Source: Dendrobates tinctorius (taxonomy: Eukaryota). From it: a stretch of DNA of 64,000 nucleotides. A program made the position numbers and the translations under genes. Below are positions 1 to 11,112 of this stretch, piece by piece; position 1 is the first letter of the stretch, and each line of letters starts with the position of its first letter. The DNA is taken from NCBI RefSeq assembly GCF_039654945.1, contig NW_027362026.1, positions 1,736,001 through 1,800,000 on the forward strand, written 5' to 3'. The notes under the pieces are model-generated. The model saw only the letters and a list, made by a program, of their open reading frames with translations. It was not told the origin of the DNA and ran no database searches.

Positions 1-310
1 TAGCATGTAGTATGTATGTAGCATGCATGTAGTATATATGTAGTATGTATGTAGCATGCAGTATGTATGTAGCATGCATGTAGTATATATGTAGTATGTA
101 TGTAGCATGTAGTATGTATGTAGCATGCATGTAGTATGTATGTAGTATGTAGCATGTAGTATGTATGTAGCATGCATGTAGTATATATGTAGTATGTATG
201 TAGTATGTATGTTGCATGTAGTATTTATGTAGTATGAATGTAGCATGTATGTAGTATGTAGTATGAATGTAGCATGTATGTAGTATGCATGTTGTATGTA
301 TGTAGCATGT
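1..310. repeat. Low-complexity microsatellite (TAGCATG/TAGTATG/TATG units)
   Basis: Directly visible, followed by a poly-T run at ~313-332. Confidence 0.95.
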
Positions 311-451
311 AATTTTTTTTTTTTTTTTTTTTTACATTTAACACATTAGCCGGATGATGGGACTACTACTGTCCCATCATTGGCTAATGTGTCAATCACT
401 GTCATGGTAGCAGGCATCGCCCGATGGGACTTGTAGTCCCATCGGACGATG

Positions 452-770
452 CCTGCACAGACCCCCGAAGCCTGCACAGACCACCGGCAGGCCGGCACAG
501 CCCCCCGGCAGGCCGGCACAGCCCCCCGGAGCCTGCACAGACCACCGGCAGGCCGGCACAGCCCCCCGGCAGGCCGGCACAGCCCCCCGGAGCCTGCACA
601 GCCCCCCGGCAGGCCGGCACAGCCCCCCGGCAGGCCGGCACAGCCCACCGGAGCCTGCACAGACCACCGGCAGGCCGGCACAGCCCCCCGGCAGGCCGGC
701 ACAGACCACCGGAGCCTGCACAGACCCCCTGGCAGGCCGGCACAGCCCCCCGAAAGGCCCGTACAGACCC
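452..770. repeat. GC-rich ~21-bp minisatellite (GCCCCCCGGCAGGCCGGCACA and variants)
   Basis: Tandem units visible. They account for the spurious ORFs at 346-883. Confidence 0.9.
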
Positions 771-1004
771 CAGAGAGGCTGTACAAGGGCAGGAAAGGGT
801 TTTTCTTATTCCGATACCGGAAGTCCCATAGACTTGAATGGGACTTCCGGTATCGGAATCGGCGATACCGATACTTTTTTTAAAGATCGGCCGATACCAT
901 CCGATACGATACTTTGAAGTATCGGACGGTATCGCTCAACTCTACTTACCAGACAATAAGTCAAAAACAGTAAATGGTGTGAGGGTAAACCATGATAGGT
1001 CCTA

Positions 1005-2060
1005 TGTAACCCTGATTCTCCCTAGTTCACCCCTTCCTTGCCGCGGAGGTAGGCACCCTATCTTCAATGCAAATTGGCGCCCCCGCTCACCGACATTTTC
1101 TTTACTTATTGCCTGGTAAGGCATTAATAGCTTTTGTTTGCTGTGTTTTAAATAGTTTTAAATAAAAGGTATATTTTAAAATTATTAGAATTTTTTGTGA
1201 GCACTTTAGTTACTAAAACCTTAATACCGATACTTAGTTCTTTTATACAGTAGTACACCAACCAGACTAACAAGGTAATAAAAACAGGGTTAACGGAAAA
1301 TACCAAACATGTAGAAGTAAGGACCGGGCTGCCAGGGCTGCTGAAGTGCCGGGTCAGGAACTGCTGGAGCCGCACCACCTGTTGCTGGAGGGAATGCAAT
1401 TGCAGCCAGCGTCAGTAAGCTAAAAGGGGCTGGGCGGGAAAGGAAGGGGTTTTCCTGCCAGAATGCTGAGCAGGTGTAGATCGCAGCTGCAGTGAGGGGT
1501 ACGTTAGGCCGCAGCGTGCAGAGACGGGGTGGCTGTGTGAGAGACTTACTGATATATGCAAGCGCACAAGGTATCGCGTGCCAGGCAGAGCATCGCAGAG
1601 CAGAAGTCCGAGTGTTGACTGGCAAACAGGGAAGCACAAGCTGAGCAGAGCCGTGCAGGACTTGGCAGCTGCTCAGAGAGACACGTGCCAGGTGGAACCT
1701 TGCGGAGAGCTTTACCCTTTCACTCCGCATTTAAATGGACTGGGGCTCAGCGGGCAAAACCAGAGACCGCCCGCTGCTGCCAGAAGCAGGACCCTGTGTT
1801 GGGCGAGGATGCCTGAAGATGCTGCACCGACCGTCACAGGCATTATACTACCCACAGGACCTTCAGAGAGTGGCAGGCTGCGGAGCAACGATAAGTGAAA
1901 CTGTTATCAAAAGACTGTCTAGTTCAGTTTAGTTTTCTTTTTGCACCCATTTTCCCCTGCTATCTCCCTGCGAGGAGTTCATTGCTGTTAAATAATTAAA
2001 TATAGTTAATCCCTGTTCTGCAACATTTGTCTTACTGCATACCAGCACCAGCATATTACA
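1005..2060 (+). mobile_element. Possible solo LTR
   Basis: Starts TGTAA, ends TTACA, ~1.05 kb, and its end resembles that of the LTR ending at 39262. No matching TSD found. Confidence 0.35.
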
Positions 2061-3386
2061 CATGGAGGATGGAGTTAAACCAAAGTATAAAAAGAAAAGG
2101 AATTACCACACACTCAAAACCTAGATAAATCCACCATCCACCTACTCCAATAACCACCAACAAAAACCCCCAGCCATGCAGCAAAAGCTCCCTCTGACAA
2201 TGAGTGCTAGCCAGGACCCTGATTATGTAGGAGATGGGAGTGGCTATTAGCGAACAGCTGAGAGCCTTAGCTCCAGGAGCTCTCAACAGAGCAAATTAAC
2301 CCCTGCACTGCCAAAAGAAATTTACTCCATTTATTAAGGAGGGGACACACTTCTAATCAGTGCCGATGTAGGAGAAATCAGACACTGCGGTTTTCTGGCT
2401 CCTCTCTGTCGTGGTAAACACATGACAAGCACATTGTCCAATGCAAACAAGACATGTGCTTCCCATAATGATGTCAGTCTATAAGGCACACTGTACTCTC
2501 TCTACTGATCAACATACACTTATGGGCAAAAAAGTGACTAAATTACCCAAAATGATGCGAACCAAAAATATGTAATAAAGTCACCAAATAATGATAAAAA
2601 AAATTTTCCCATAAGTGTATGTTGATGTTGTTGAAGTGCCAATTGAATTATATTTAGGACACTGTTGTGGTTTGTCTCTCTACTGATCGTTCTTTGTGCA
2701 TACTTATTATTATGTGGTTTGCCTGTCAAAGAGGCTAGCAAACTATGGACGATTTGAAAATAGGAACCAATCTGCGGTTGTTTAATGCTGAAGGACCCAT
2801 AATGTTAAAGGACCCAAGATATCAATGGGCTCAGACAACATTCTAATGTGTATGAAGGCGTCGGCCAACTGATTGCCAGTAAGATGTCGATTTAGCATGT
2901 CCAGGTCAGGATTGCCAATCACTTTGTTTTTCCAGAAACTCTCTCATAGAGAATGAGAATACACGAGTGCTCGGCCAAACGAGAACTCATATATGACAAA
3001 AGACGAGCAAGATTACTGACAGCTGAGTAATGCTTTGGCTGACAGCCATCTAATGTGTATAGAGGCATTTAGTTCATCAGTCCTCCGCTAATGAGGAAAG
3101 ATCAGTTTGGCCAACCGAGATTCAACTTGCCAAATTGTTTGCTTTTTCGGACTTAATCTAACCTGAAGTGCCTCTTCCCCCCCCCAAAAAAAAAAAAAAA
3201 CATACAAATTACATTTCCCCGGGAGGAAGAAACTTCAGATACAATGTTAAGACCTAACTAAGGTATCTTGAGAAATCAATCAATGAACTGGCCTATTTGA
3301 TTATTTTTCAATATTTTTGGTCCATATCAGCACACAGAAGATTCTGGCTAACCAAGTGAGAAGTTGTTTTAACAGTTTTACAGTTA

Positions 3387-3834
3387 GGCTATGGTCAGAC
3401 GGCTGTATATTCTCTCATGCAAGAGAATCAGGCCGATTATGCGAATGATACTCCTCTCAAACTGTATCAGTGTTTGTGCCGAGAGTAATATTACTGTGGT
3501 CAGATTCTCGCCCATGCGAGAAACAGAGCACATGTGTAGAGAAGACTGAGAACTTAATTTCTCCACTTTCTCCATTGTCTGTGTGCACGTACATAGAATT
3601 GCATACAGAGTGCAATGTGTCACTCGCACCCATAGGCTTATATGAGTGCGAGTAAGCCGAGACTTGGCCTAGTGTCGGTGACAATGCTTGCTGCGATTTC
3701 TCTCGCACGTAGAATACGGCCGAGAAAAAAAACGGTGATGGGAGATGCCCCATACATTAACAGTGGTCCGAGTGCTATACGATGTTTTATCGCATAGCAC
3801 TTGTCCATATTCAAGTGTTAGTGTGACCCCGGCC
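3387..3834. mobile_element. PIF/Harbinger-type MITE
   Basis: Degenerate TIRs GGCTATGGTCAGAC / GTGTGACCCCGGCC, flanked by TTA and TTG. Confidence 0.6.
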
Positions 3835-5770
3835 TTGAAGTGAGTTTTCACCCATGAATAAACACCATTTGTTTTCATAAAATGAATAGGTTTCCAATTC
3901 TGTGCATGTCATTTTTTTAATATATCTTTTCATAACTGTCTTGCTTCCAGCAATTGCTGCTAAAGGGAGGTTAGGATCTTAATGCCTACCCCTAAAAATC
4001 TCTCTAATGGGGGCTACAGTTATACATGTTATATTGTCTATGCAGAGGATTTGGAGTTCTGTATCAGAAAAGCGAAGTTCTGATGTCAGTGAGGATATTG
4101 TAAATGATTAACCAGGACATTATCAGAACATTATTTAGGACATAAAGATGATAAAAGATGTAGACTCACTTTAATCTTTTCTTTGCCAACCAATCCTTTT
4201 TAATGGTGGGCGGTCTCACAGGCAATGGTAATGGTTTTAGCACCAGATCACCTCTGCCCCAGTTAATGTGAAAGACTGAGCATTAAAAGAAAGCGCAATG
4301 TCCCCCACAGATCTTTTATGACATCTTGAAGAATATACCATACTAAAGGGGTGGACTGATACTTTTAAGGCCCTTTCTATATAAATACTTATCTTTAAGC
4401 CATACCAATTTTATTAATTAGCTTTATTATTAAATTCCCTACACTTCTCCCTATCCTGTTATTTCCTGTAGGTGTTTTTTTTACATTACTTCCTGTGATG
4501 TTTCATTTGAGAAGAGAAGGAGAAATGCATTTCTATGCAGCCGCAGCTCCGGTCCTGAGTGCCGGGGGCAACGCCGGGTGTCGATGCGAGAGACTCATGC
4601 GAGATTCTCACATCACACATGTTAGTGTGATCCTGGCCTAAGGATGATGTCCTAAAGTGGGACAATGTAAAAAAAAAAGCTAAAAAAGTTATTAAAAAGT
4701 GTAAAAAATTTTAAAAAAATCCCCAACTAAAGAACAAAAAAAAAGGAAAAACTCATAATCCAATAAATACATTTATTTATGTAAAAAAAGGACACTTATT
4801 TGGTATTGCTACGTCCAGAACGACCCGCTCTTTAAAACTGTCCCACTAGTTAAGTTCAGTGAACACCGAAAAAATAAAAAAAATAAATAACTGGCAAAAA
4901 ACAATGTTTTATCATCATACTGCGGAACAAAAAGTGCAATAAAATGCAATGAAAAAACAACAAATGTAAATAAAAATTGTACCCCTGAAAAGATAATCTT
5001 GTCCTGCAAAAAAACAAATCACCATAAAGCTCCGACAGCGGAAAAATAAAAAAGTTATAGCTTTCAGAATAAAGCAATGCAAAAATAATTATTTTATCAA
5101 TAAAGTTGTTTTTATTGTGTAAAGGTGGCAAAACAAAAAATATATAAATTGGTTATCGCTGTAATCATACAAACCCAAAGAATAAAGTTCCCTTACCAAT
5201 TTTACTACATGCTGAATGGTGTAAAAAAAAAAAAAAAACAATTCCTGCATTGCTGGTTTTTGTTCATTCTACCGTTCAAAAATCGGAATAGAAAGCGATA
5301 AAAAAAATGTCATGTGCCTGAAAATGGCACCAATAAAAACATCAACTCGTCCCGTAAAAAAACAAGCCATCACATGTCTGTCGGCCAAAATATGTAAAAA
5401 TTATAGCTGTCTAAATATGGGGATGAAAAAACTAGTTTTTGCAATAAAAAGCATTTTTTTAGTGTGTGACACCAACCAAACATAAAAACCTAATAGGAAT
5501 CTTGTATCAATGTAATCAGATGGAGGCACTGTAGATGCTGTAGGACTTGCCGGCGGTGTCTGTCTTTTTAGGTGTGCATAAAAGTGCCGTCGGCCACAGT
5601 TTTGTGCACTTTTGTAAAGAAGGACAACGCTGAACAGAGGCCAGACGGAATCCAGAGTAACTCTGCTGCCTCATTATAGTGAATGGCTCCATCAGGTGTT
5701 TCATCTGGATCACGTTACTCAGAGGTTTAGATGGAAACCCCAAAGTAAGTGTTCAGCATAGAGAGCAAGA

Positions 5771-7650
5771 TTATTATTATTTATTTATATATTTATATAG
5801 CGCCATTAATTCCATGGTGCTGTACATGAGAAGGGGGGTTACATATAATGTTATAAATATCATTATCACTAAACAAATTTACAATAATAGACTGGTACAG
5901 AGGGGAGAGGACCCTGTCCTTGCGGACTTACATTCTATTGGATAGTGGGGAAGAGACGAAGAGGCAGAAGGTCGGGGGTGCAGCAGCTTTGGTGGTTTTG
6001 AGGCAGCGGCTCAGGCGGTGGTGAGGCGGCAGAATAGTTATTGCAGGCTGTAAGCTTTCCTGAAAAGATGGGTTTTCAGGTTCCGTTTGAATGATCCAAG
6101 GGTGGTGGATAATTGGATGTGTTGAGGCATGGAATTCCAGAAGATAGGGGATATTCGGGAGAAATCTTGGAGGAGGTTGTCTGAGGAGCGAATAAGTGTG
6201 GAGGAGAGTAGGAGGTCTTGGGAGGATCAAAGATTATGTGAGGGAAGATATTGGGAGATTAGTTCAGAGATATAGGGAGGGGATAGGTTGTGGATGGCTT
6301 TATAGGTCAGTGTTAGTAGTTTGAACTGGATTCGTTGGTGAATTGGGAGCCAGTGGAGGGATTTTCAGAGGGGAGACAGAGGGGAGTAGCGAGGAGAGAG
6401 GTGGATTAGTCAGGCAGCAGAGTTGAGGACAGACTGGAGTGGTGCAAGAGAGTTAGCAGGGAGGCCACAGAGGAGAGTGTTGCAGTAGTCAAGGTGGGAG
6501 ATAATGAGGGCATGTACAAGAGTTTTAGTAGATTGAGGGCTGAGGAAGGGACAGATTCTGGAAATATTTTTGAGTTGGAGGTGACAGGAGGTGGCAAGAG
6601 TTTGGACGTGTGGTTTCAAGGACAGGGCAGAGTCGAGAGTTACTCCGAGCCAGCGGATTTCAGGTGCGGGAGAGAGCATGATGCCATTTACCATAATAGA
6701 TAGATCGGTTAGGGAAGATACATGAGATTGAGGAAAGATAATGAGTTCAGTTTTGCCTACATTGAGTTTTTGGAAGCGAGAGGTGAAAAAGGAGGATATG
6801 GCTGATAGACACTCCGGGATTCTGGACAGCAGAGAGGTGACATCTGGGCCATAGAGGTAGATCTGAGTGTCATCCGCATACAGGTGGTACTGGAAGCCAT
6901 GGGACTTTATGAGTTGTCCTAGACCAAGAGTATAGATGGAAAAAAGTAGGGGTCCCAGGACAGAGCCTTGGGGGACTCCAACAGAGAGAGGGCTGGATGA
7001 GGAGGTAGTGTGGGAGTGGGAAACATTGAATGTGCGGTCAGAGGCAATCCAGGACAGGGCAAGGTCTTTGATGCCAAGGGAAGAAAGAATCTGTAGCAGT
7101 AAACAGTGGTCTACTGTGTCGAAGGCAGAGGACAGGTCGAGAAGGAGGAGGATGGAGAACTGTCTGTTAGCTTTGGCTGTGAGTAAGTCATTAGTAATTT
7201 TGGTCAGGGCAGTTTCAGTGTAGTGATGGAGGCAGAAGCCAGATTGGAGGATGTCAAGGAGGGAGTTACATGAGAGGTGGGAGGAAAGTTGAGCATGGAC
7301 ATGCTGTTCAAGGAGTTTAGAAGCGAACGGGAGCAGTGATATGGGGCGATAGCTGGGCATAGCAGTTGGGTCAAGGCTTGATTTTTTGAGGTGTTATGGT
7401 GGCATGTTTGAAGGCAGAGTGGAAGGTACCAGAAGATAGGGATAGGTTGAAGAGATGGGTTAGGTCTGGAATGATCATGTTAGTGAGGTTGGGGAGTAGG
7501 TGAGAAGGGATGGGGTCAAGTGCACAGGTGGTGAGGTGTGATTTGGAAAGGAGATGAGTAAGCTCTCCTTCAGTGATGTTGGAGAGGGAGGTTATTAGGG
7601 AAGGGCAGAGGTCTGGTATGTGGAGTGTATGGGTTGGTGGAACAGTAAAG
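5771..7650 (-). mobile_element. 5'-truncated L2 (CR1/L2 group) LINE
   Basis: RT ORF 6410-7360 and an (AAT)n-like 3' tail at 5771-5800. Confidence 0.85.
6410..7360 (-). pseudogene. L2 reverse transcriptase fragment
   Basis: Motifs [45 protein letters not shown]. Confidence 0.9.
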
Positions 7651-9116
7651 GAGATAAGATAAATGTGATCCTAAATGTTATGTAAAATGTTCCCAATAAA
7701 AGCTTCAACTCAATCCACAAAAGAAAAGCATGTCCCACTCAGCTCTGTCATCTATTAACGGAAATATAGGGGGCTTCCACGTTACATGTAGCACAAAGAC
7801 TCTGGAAAAGCAAAATGGATCCTCTCCTCTCAAAAGAAAGTCAGCAAATTCTATGCTCCCAAATTCAAATGCCCCTTTCCTTTCTGAGCCCCAGTGTGTC
7901 TAAGCCAAATTTAGCATCCACGTGTTTGGCATTTCTGTAGGGATAAGAACCTGCTAAATTTACAGGTGCATGTCTCCAGAATCATGAGCTTGGCATAATG
8001 TACTGGTCACTACAATGGAAATTTGGAATTTTCACTCAGCAACATCCACTCCTGCCTGTTTCTGGAAACCCAGAAACATGGAGTCAAAATCATCACTACA
8101 CCTATAGATAAATTCCAAAACAGGTATAATTTCAAAAATGAGGTCATTTGAGGGGGATGCTGCTTTTCTAGCACCTAGGGGCTCTGTATATGGAGTCCGC
8201 AAACTATTCTATTAAAATCTGCGCTCCAGGAGGCAAATAGCGCTCAGTCTCTCCAGATTCTCGCCATGTGGCTAAGCAGGAGTGCACAGCCACATATGAT
8301 GCATTCCTCCAATCAGCAGAAATTGTAGGACAATTTTGGTGGCATTTTTACCAATTTCCCAGTATGAAAATGTAAAATTTGGGGCTAACACACAATCTTG
8401 GTGGTAAAAATGTAATTTTTTTTTCACTGCCCAATGGTACAAATTTCTGTGACACACCTGTGGTATCATTATGATCACTGCATCCATACAAGAATTCATT
8501 GAGAGGTTTTGTTTGTTAAATGGGGTCATTTATTGGGGGTTTGCTGTTCTGGCACCTCTGGGGCTCTGCCAATTTGACATGGCACCCTCAAACCAGTGCA
8601 TCAAAATCGGCACTGTACTATGGCGCTCCTTCCCTTCTGAGCTTTGCATTGTGTCTCAAAAGTAGTTTTCAACCATATATTGAGTAACAGCGAACTCAGG
8701 AGAAGTGGCACAACAAATTTGTGTGTCTATTTTCACCTCTTACCCTTGTAAAAAGATACTTTTGAACCCTTGAACCACCAGGTGCTCAATACACATCTAG
8801 ATATGCCTTCAGACGAAGATAAGGCGAAACACGCGTAGGGGTGGCAGGTCGGGGTCCATTCACGCCAATAATTTGTAAGTATTTGGCTTTTTTGGGCATT
8901 GTGTTATTTTATCCTTCAGGCACATTAGGCACCTTAATATGCACAAATAAATATTTTAGTTTCCCTTTTGTGGCCAATTCAACCTCCAACTCACATGAGT
9001 TCATTGCACATTGCACATTATGTGTATACTAGCTGAAGAGCCCGGCGTTGCCTGGGCATAGTAACCAACTGTGGTTAGTTATAGCAAATTATAATGATTA
9101 TATTGCACATAAAAAC

Positions 9117-9762
9117 CGTGCATCTAATCCTATCCTGTGTGATACTGACTGCTGAGCTGTGTATCTAATCCTACCCTGTGTGATACTGACTGCTGAGCTG
9201 AGTATCTAATCCTATCCTGTGTGATACTGTCTGCTGAGCTGTGTATCTAATCCTATCCTGTGGGATACTAACTGCTGAGCCGTGTATCTAATCCTATCCT
9301 GTGTGATACTGATTGCTGAGCCGTGTATCTATTCCTATCCTGTGTGATACTGACTGCTGAGCTGTGTATCTAATCCTATCCTGTGTGATACTGTCTGCTG
9401 AGCTGTGTATATAATCCTATCCTGTGTGATACTGACTGCTGAGCCGTGTATCTAATCCTATCCTGTGTGATACTGACCGTAGAGCCGTGTATCTAATCCT
9501 ATCCTGTGTGATACTGACTGCTGAGCCGTGTATCTATTCCTATCCTCTGTGATACTGACTGCTGAGCTGTGTATCTAATCCTATCCTGTGTGATTCTCAC
9601 TGCTGAGCTGTGTATCTAATCCTATCCTGTGTAATACAGTCTGCTCAGCTGTGTATCTAATCCTATCCTGTGTGATACAGTCTGCTGAACCGTGTATCTA
9701 ATCCTATCTTGTGTGATACTGACTGCTGAGCCGTGTATCTAATCCTATCCTGTGTGATACTG
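9117..9762. repeat. 41-bp minisatellite, ~16 copies, inside the Helitron
   Basis: Unit GTGTATCTAATCCTATCCTGTGTGATACTGACTGCTGAGC(T/C); period 41 (e.g. 9161 to 9202). Confidence 0.95.
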
Positions 9763-10299
9763 GGCTTACCCTGCAGTCTGTGTCAGAGGGTGGTCTGTGT
9801 TGGCATGGTAATAAATTGTGTTAAGGGCATGTCACACTAAGAGATATCGCTAGCAATATCGCTATAACTAGTGACGTTATAGCGATATTGCTAGCGATAT
9901 CGCTGTGTCTGATACTTACCTACGACTCGCTCCCCCGCTAGTTATCGCTGATCGCGCGAGAACAGGCTGGACTGTTTCTCGTCGTCAGCTTCCTGCGGTG
10001 CTTCCTGCTGTGACGACGAGCGACGCGTGGAGCCGGGCGGGAGGACGCAGGATCGCCTGGTGTGACAGGTAAGTAGCGACCCCTGTCCCCAGCGATGTCG
10101 CTAGTGAGATCTGCCTGTATGGCAGCTCACTAGCGACTAGAGTTGAGCGAAACGGGTCGAAAAAATTCAAAAGTCGCCGACTTTTGGCAAAGTCGGGTTT
10201 CATGAAACGAAACCCGACCCTAGGATGAGGTCGGCCACGAGGTCGGCGACTTACGCGCCAAAGTCGCGTTTCAAAAGTTTGTTTTGCGCTCTTTTTCAG

Positions 10300-10444
10300 C
10301 CAATCAGGATCCATGGACACTGTGGGCAACGTGATGACATAGGCATGGGTCACCACCATCTTTCAGAAGGGCATGCAAGTGATTGGCTTGCTTTGGTTGG
10401 CGTCACAGGGGGTATAAAAGGGCGTGCACGCCGACCGCCATCTT
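10300..10444 (+). promoter_or_regulatory. Candidate Pol II promoter of the hAT transposase
   Basis: CCAAT (10300), inverted CCAAT (ATTGG, 10382), TATAAAA (10413-10419), and YY1-type CCGCCATCTT (10435-10444) at initiator distance. Confidence 0.5.
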
Positions 10445-10517
10445 ACTTCTGCCGATCTTAGCATAGGGAGAGGTTGCTGCTGATTCTGTAGGGAGAGCGT
10501 TAGGCAGGGAAGAAGAC

Positions 10518-11112
10518 AAAAAAACTGCTTCTGCTGCTAGCGATTTGGCCTGCACAACACATCAGTCACTGTGTGTGCAGTGCAAGGGGAGGCTATATAG
10601 TGGTGTATCAGTGGTGTTGGTTGTTGGGCTGCCTTCTAAGGCTTCCTGACAGGCTGGCATTGCTGTTTACCCACTGCTCCGCAAACTGCTTTTTTAAAAG
10701 CAATCCAATCTCCCTTATCCTCTAGTCACTTTGGTCACAGCTGCGCCATCGAGCCTGTCACATAGCGCTCAGATATTCATTGGGCCTCAAACTGCTTAAG
10801 CAATCCCAATTTTTTTTTTTTTGTCCTGCTGAGAAGAAAAAAAAACTGCTTCTGCTGCTGATAGCAATTTGGCCTGCACAACACACCAGTCACTGTGTGT
10901 GCAGTGCAAGGGGAGGCTATATAGTGGTGTATCAGTGGTGTTGGTTGTTGGGCTGCCTTTTAAGGCTTCCTGACAGGCTGGCATTGCTGTTTACCCACTG
11001 CTCCGCAAACTGCTTTTTTAAAAGCAATCCAATCTCCCTTATCCTCTAGTCACTTTGGTCACAGCTGTGCCATCGAGCCTGTCACATAGCACTCAGATAT
11101 TCATTGGGCCTC
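10518..11112. repeat. ~324-bp tandem duplication (2 copies) preceding the satellite
   Basis: 10518-10790 is repeated at 10840-11112. Confidence 0.9.

Larger units (their letters stand above)
1..944. mobile_element. Right end of a non-autonomous hAT element (runs off the left edge of the window)
   Basis: Ends in TCGCTCAACTCTA (932-944), identical to the 13-bp TIR of the hAT at 10138-20741. Subterminal CCGATAC repeats and a perfect 22-bp hairpin at 808-859. Confidence 0.75.

Noticed and set aside
346-883. Overlapping Cys/Gly/Ala- and Pro-rich ORFs
   Set aside because: Translations of a GC-rich minisatellite.
3960-4660. Kolobok/T2-MITE-like ends (TAAAGGG..., AAGTGGGACAA)
   Set aside because: Too degenerate; no paired TIR or TTAA TSD could be established.
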